NCBI GenBank assembly: GCA_965203005.1
Contig: CBDBBS010000002.1
Location: 3,686,761-3,750,760 of the forward strand
From: Dehalococcoidia bacterium
GTDB lineage: Bacteria > Chloroflexota > Dehalococcoidia > Lucifugimonadales > UBA3495
DNA length: 64,000 bases
Reading direction: 5' to 3'
A program made the position numbers and the translations under genes. Under the pieces are notes generated by a model, which saw nothing but the letters and a program-made list of their open reading frames with translations, was not told the DNA's origin and ran no database searches. Shown here piece by piece: positions 63,719 through 64,000 of this stretch (the stretch's first letter is position 1; each line of letters opens with the position of its first letter).

Positions 63719-63840
63719 GATTTTCCTCCTGACATTCGATGCCGTTTGGCGCATTATAATCCAAGGGCGCAGCCTGCGTTACGGCCTGAACCCGTGATAG
63801 AATCAAGCGCTGATTATTTGCAATTCAAGGGAGGAACCGG

Positions 63841-64000
63841 TTGACGACTCCCATAGATGATCCCTATCTCAAATACGCCCTTTTCTGCCGAAGCACTGAC
63901 GAGGGGGACGACGGTGAACTGAACCTGAACGGCATCGTGGACCTGGTGGACCTGCCGGAGCCGCCCCCGCAGGGCGAGGCGGGGCAGGTGCTTGCAGAGG
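63841..64000 (+). CDS. hypothetical protein, 5' fragment (continues past the window end)
   Basis: Open frame from TTG at 63841 after GGGAGGAA: LTTPIDDPYLKYALFCRSTDEGDDGELNLNGIVDLVDLPEPP.... Confidence 0.35.
   Translation, partial: MTTPIDDPYLKYALFCRSTDEGDDGELNLNGIVDLVDLPEPPPQGEAGQVLAE

Overview
A 64 kb high-GC bacterial chromosomal segment. It has no rRNA, CRISPR array, transposase or integrase. By inference only, the gene content and repeat style suggest Chloroflexota, possibly a SAR202-like marine lineage. I read about 70 protein genes and one tRNA-Glu.

Gene content:
- Left third (minus strand): housekeeping genes. These are a biotin carboxylase, recO, recR, ybaB, dnaX, ybeY, argC, nth and a 5-gene peptide-type ABC importer.
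- Remainder: dominated by oxidoreductase and acyl-CoA genes. These include four luciferase-like (LLM) flavin/F420 oxidoreductases, an F420:NADPH reductase, a PPOX-class protein, two Zn-ADHs, an SDR, CoA-transferase A/B, a thiolase plus DUF35 pair, an enoyl-CoA hydratase, a PaaI thioesterase, an MSOX-type oxidase, a tartrate/isopropylmalate-type dehydrogenase and an alpha-hydroxyacid oxidase.
- Scattered among these are six small A/T-richer toxin-antitoxin modules, a class II Fic gene next to the tRNA, an NYN nuclease gene, a tandem PaREP1/HEPN-like pair, a 704-aa acidic surface protein and an Mre11/Rad50-like pair.

Most notable observations:
1. A gene split by the ORF track at an in-frame TGA reads through as ...AIAD-U-GSC..., matching the UGSC (seleno)protein family. 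A GC-rich hairpin sits just downstream of the TGA.
2. Two further genes (an SMP-30/gluconolactonase and a VapC) are also interrupted by single in-frame TGAs.
3. At least five families of short palindromic intergenic repeats are present. One is an 80-95 bp MITE-like element in seven same-orientation copies, whose left end often supplies the upstream stop codon and whose right end abuts the downstream Shine-Dalgarno sequence.

Limits: everything was read by eye and nothing was computed. Repeat borders are accurate to about +/-3 nt. Family assignments rest on recognised motifs, not on searches.
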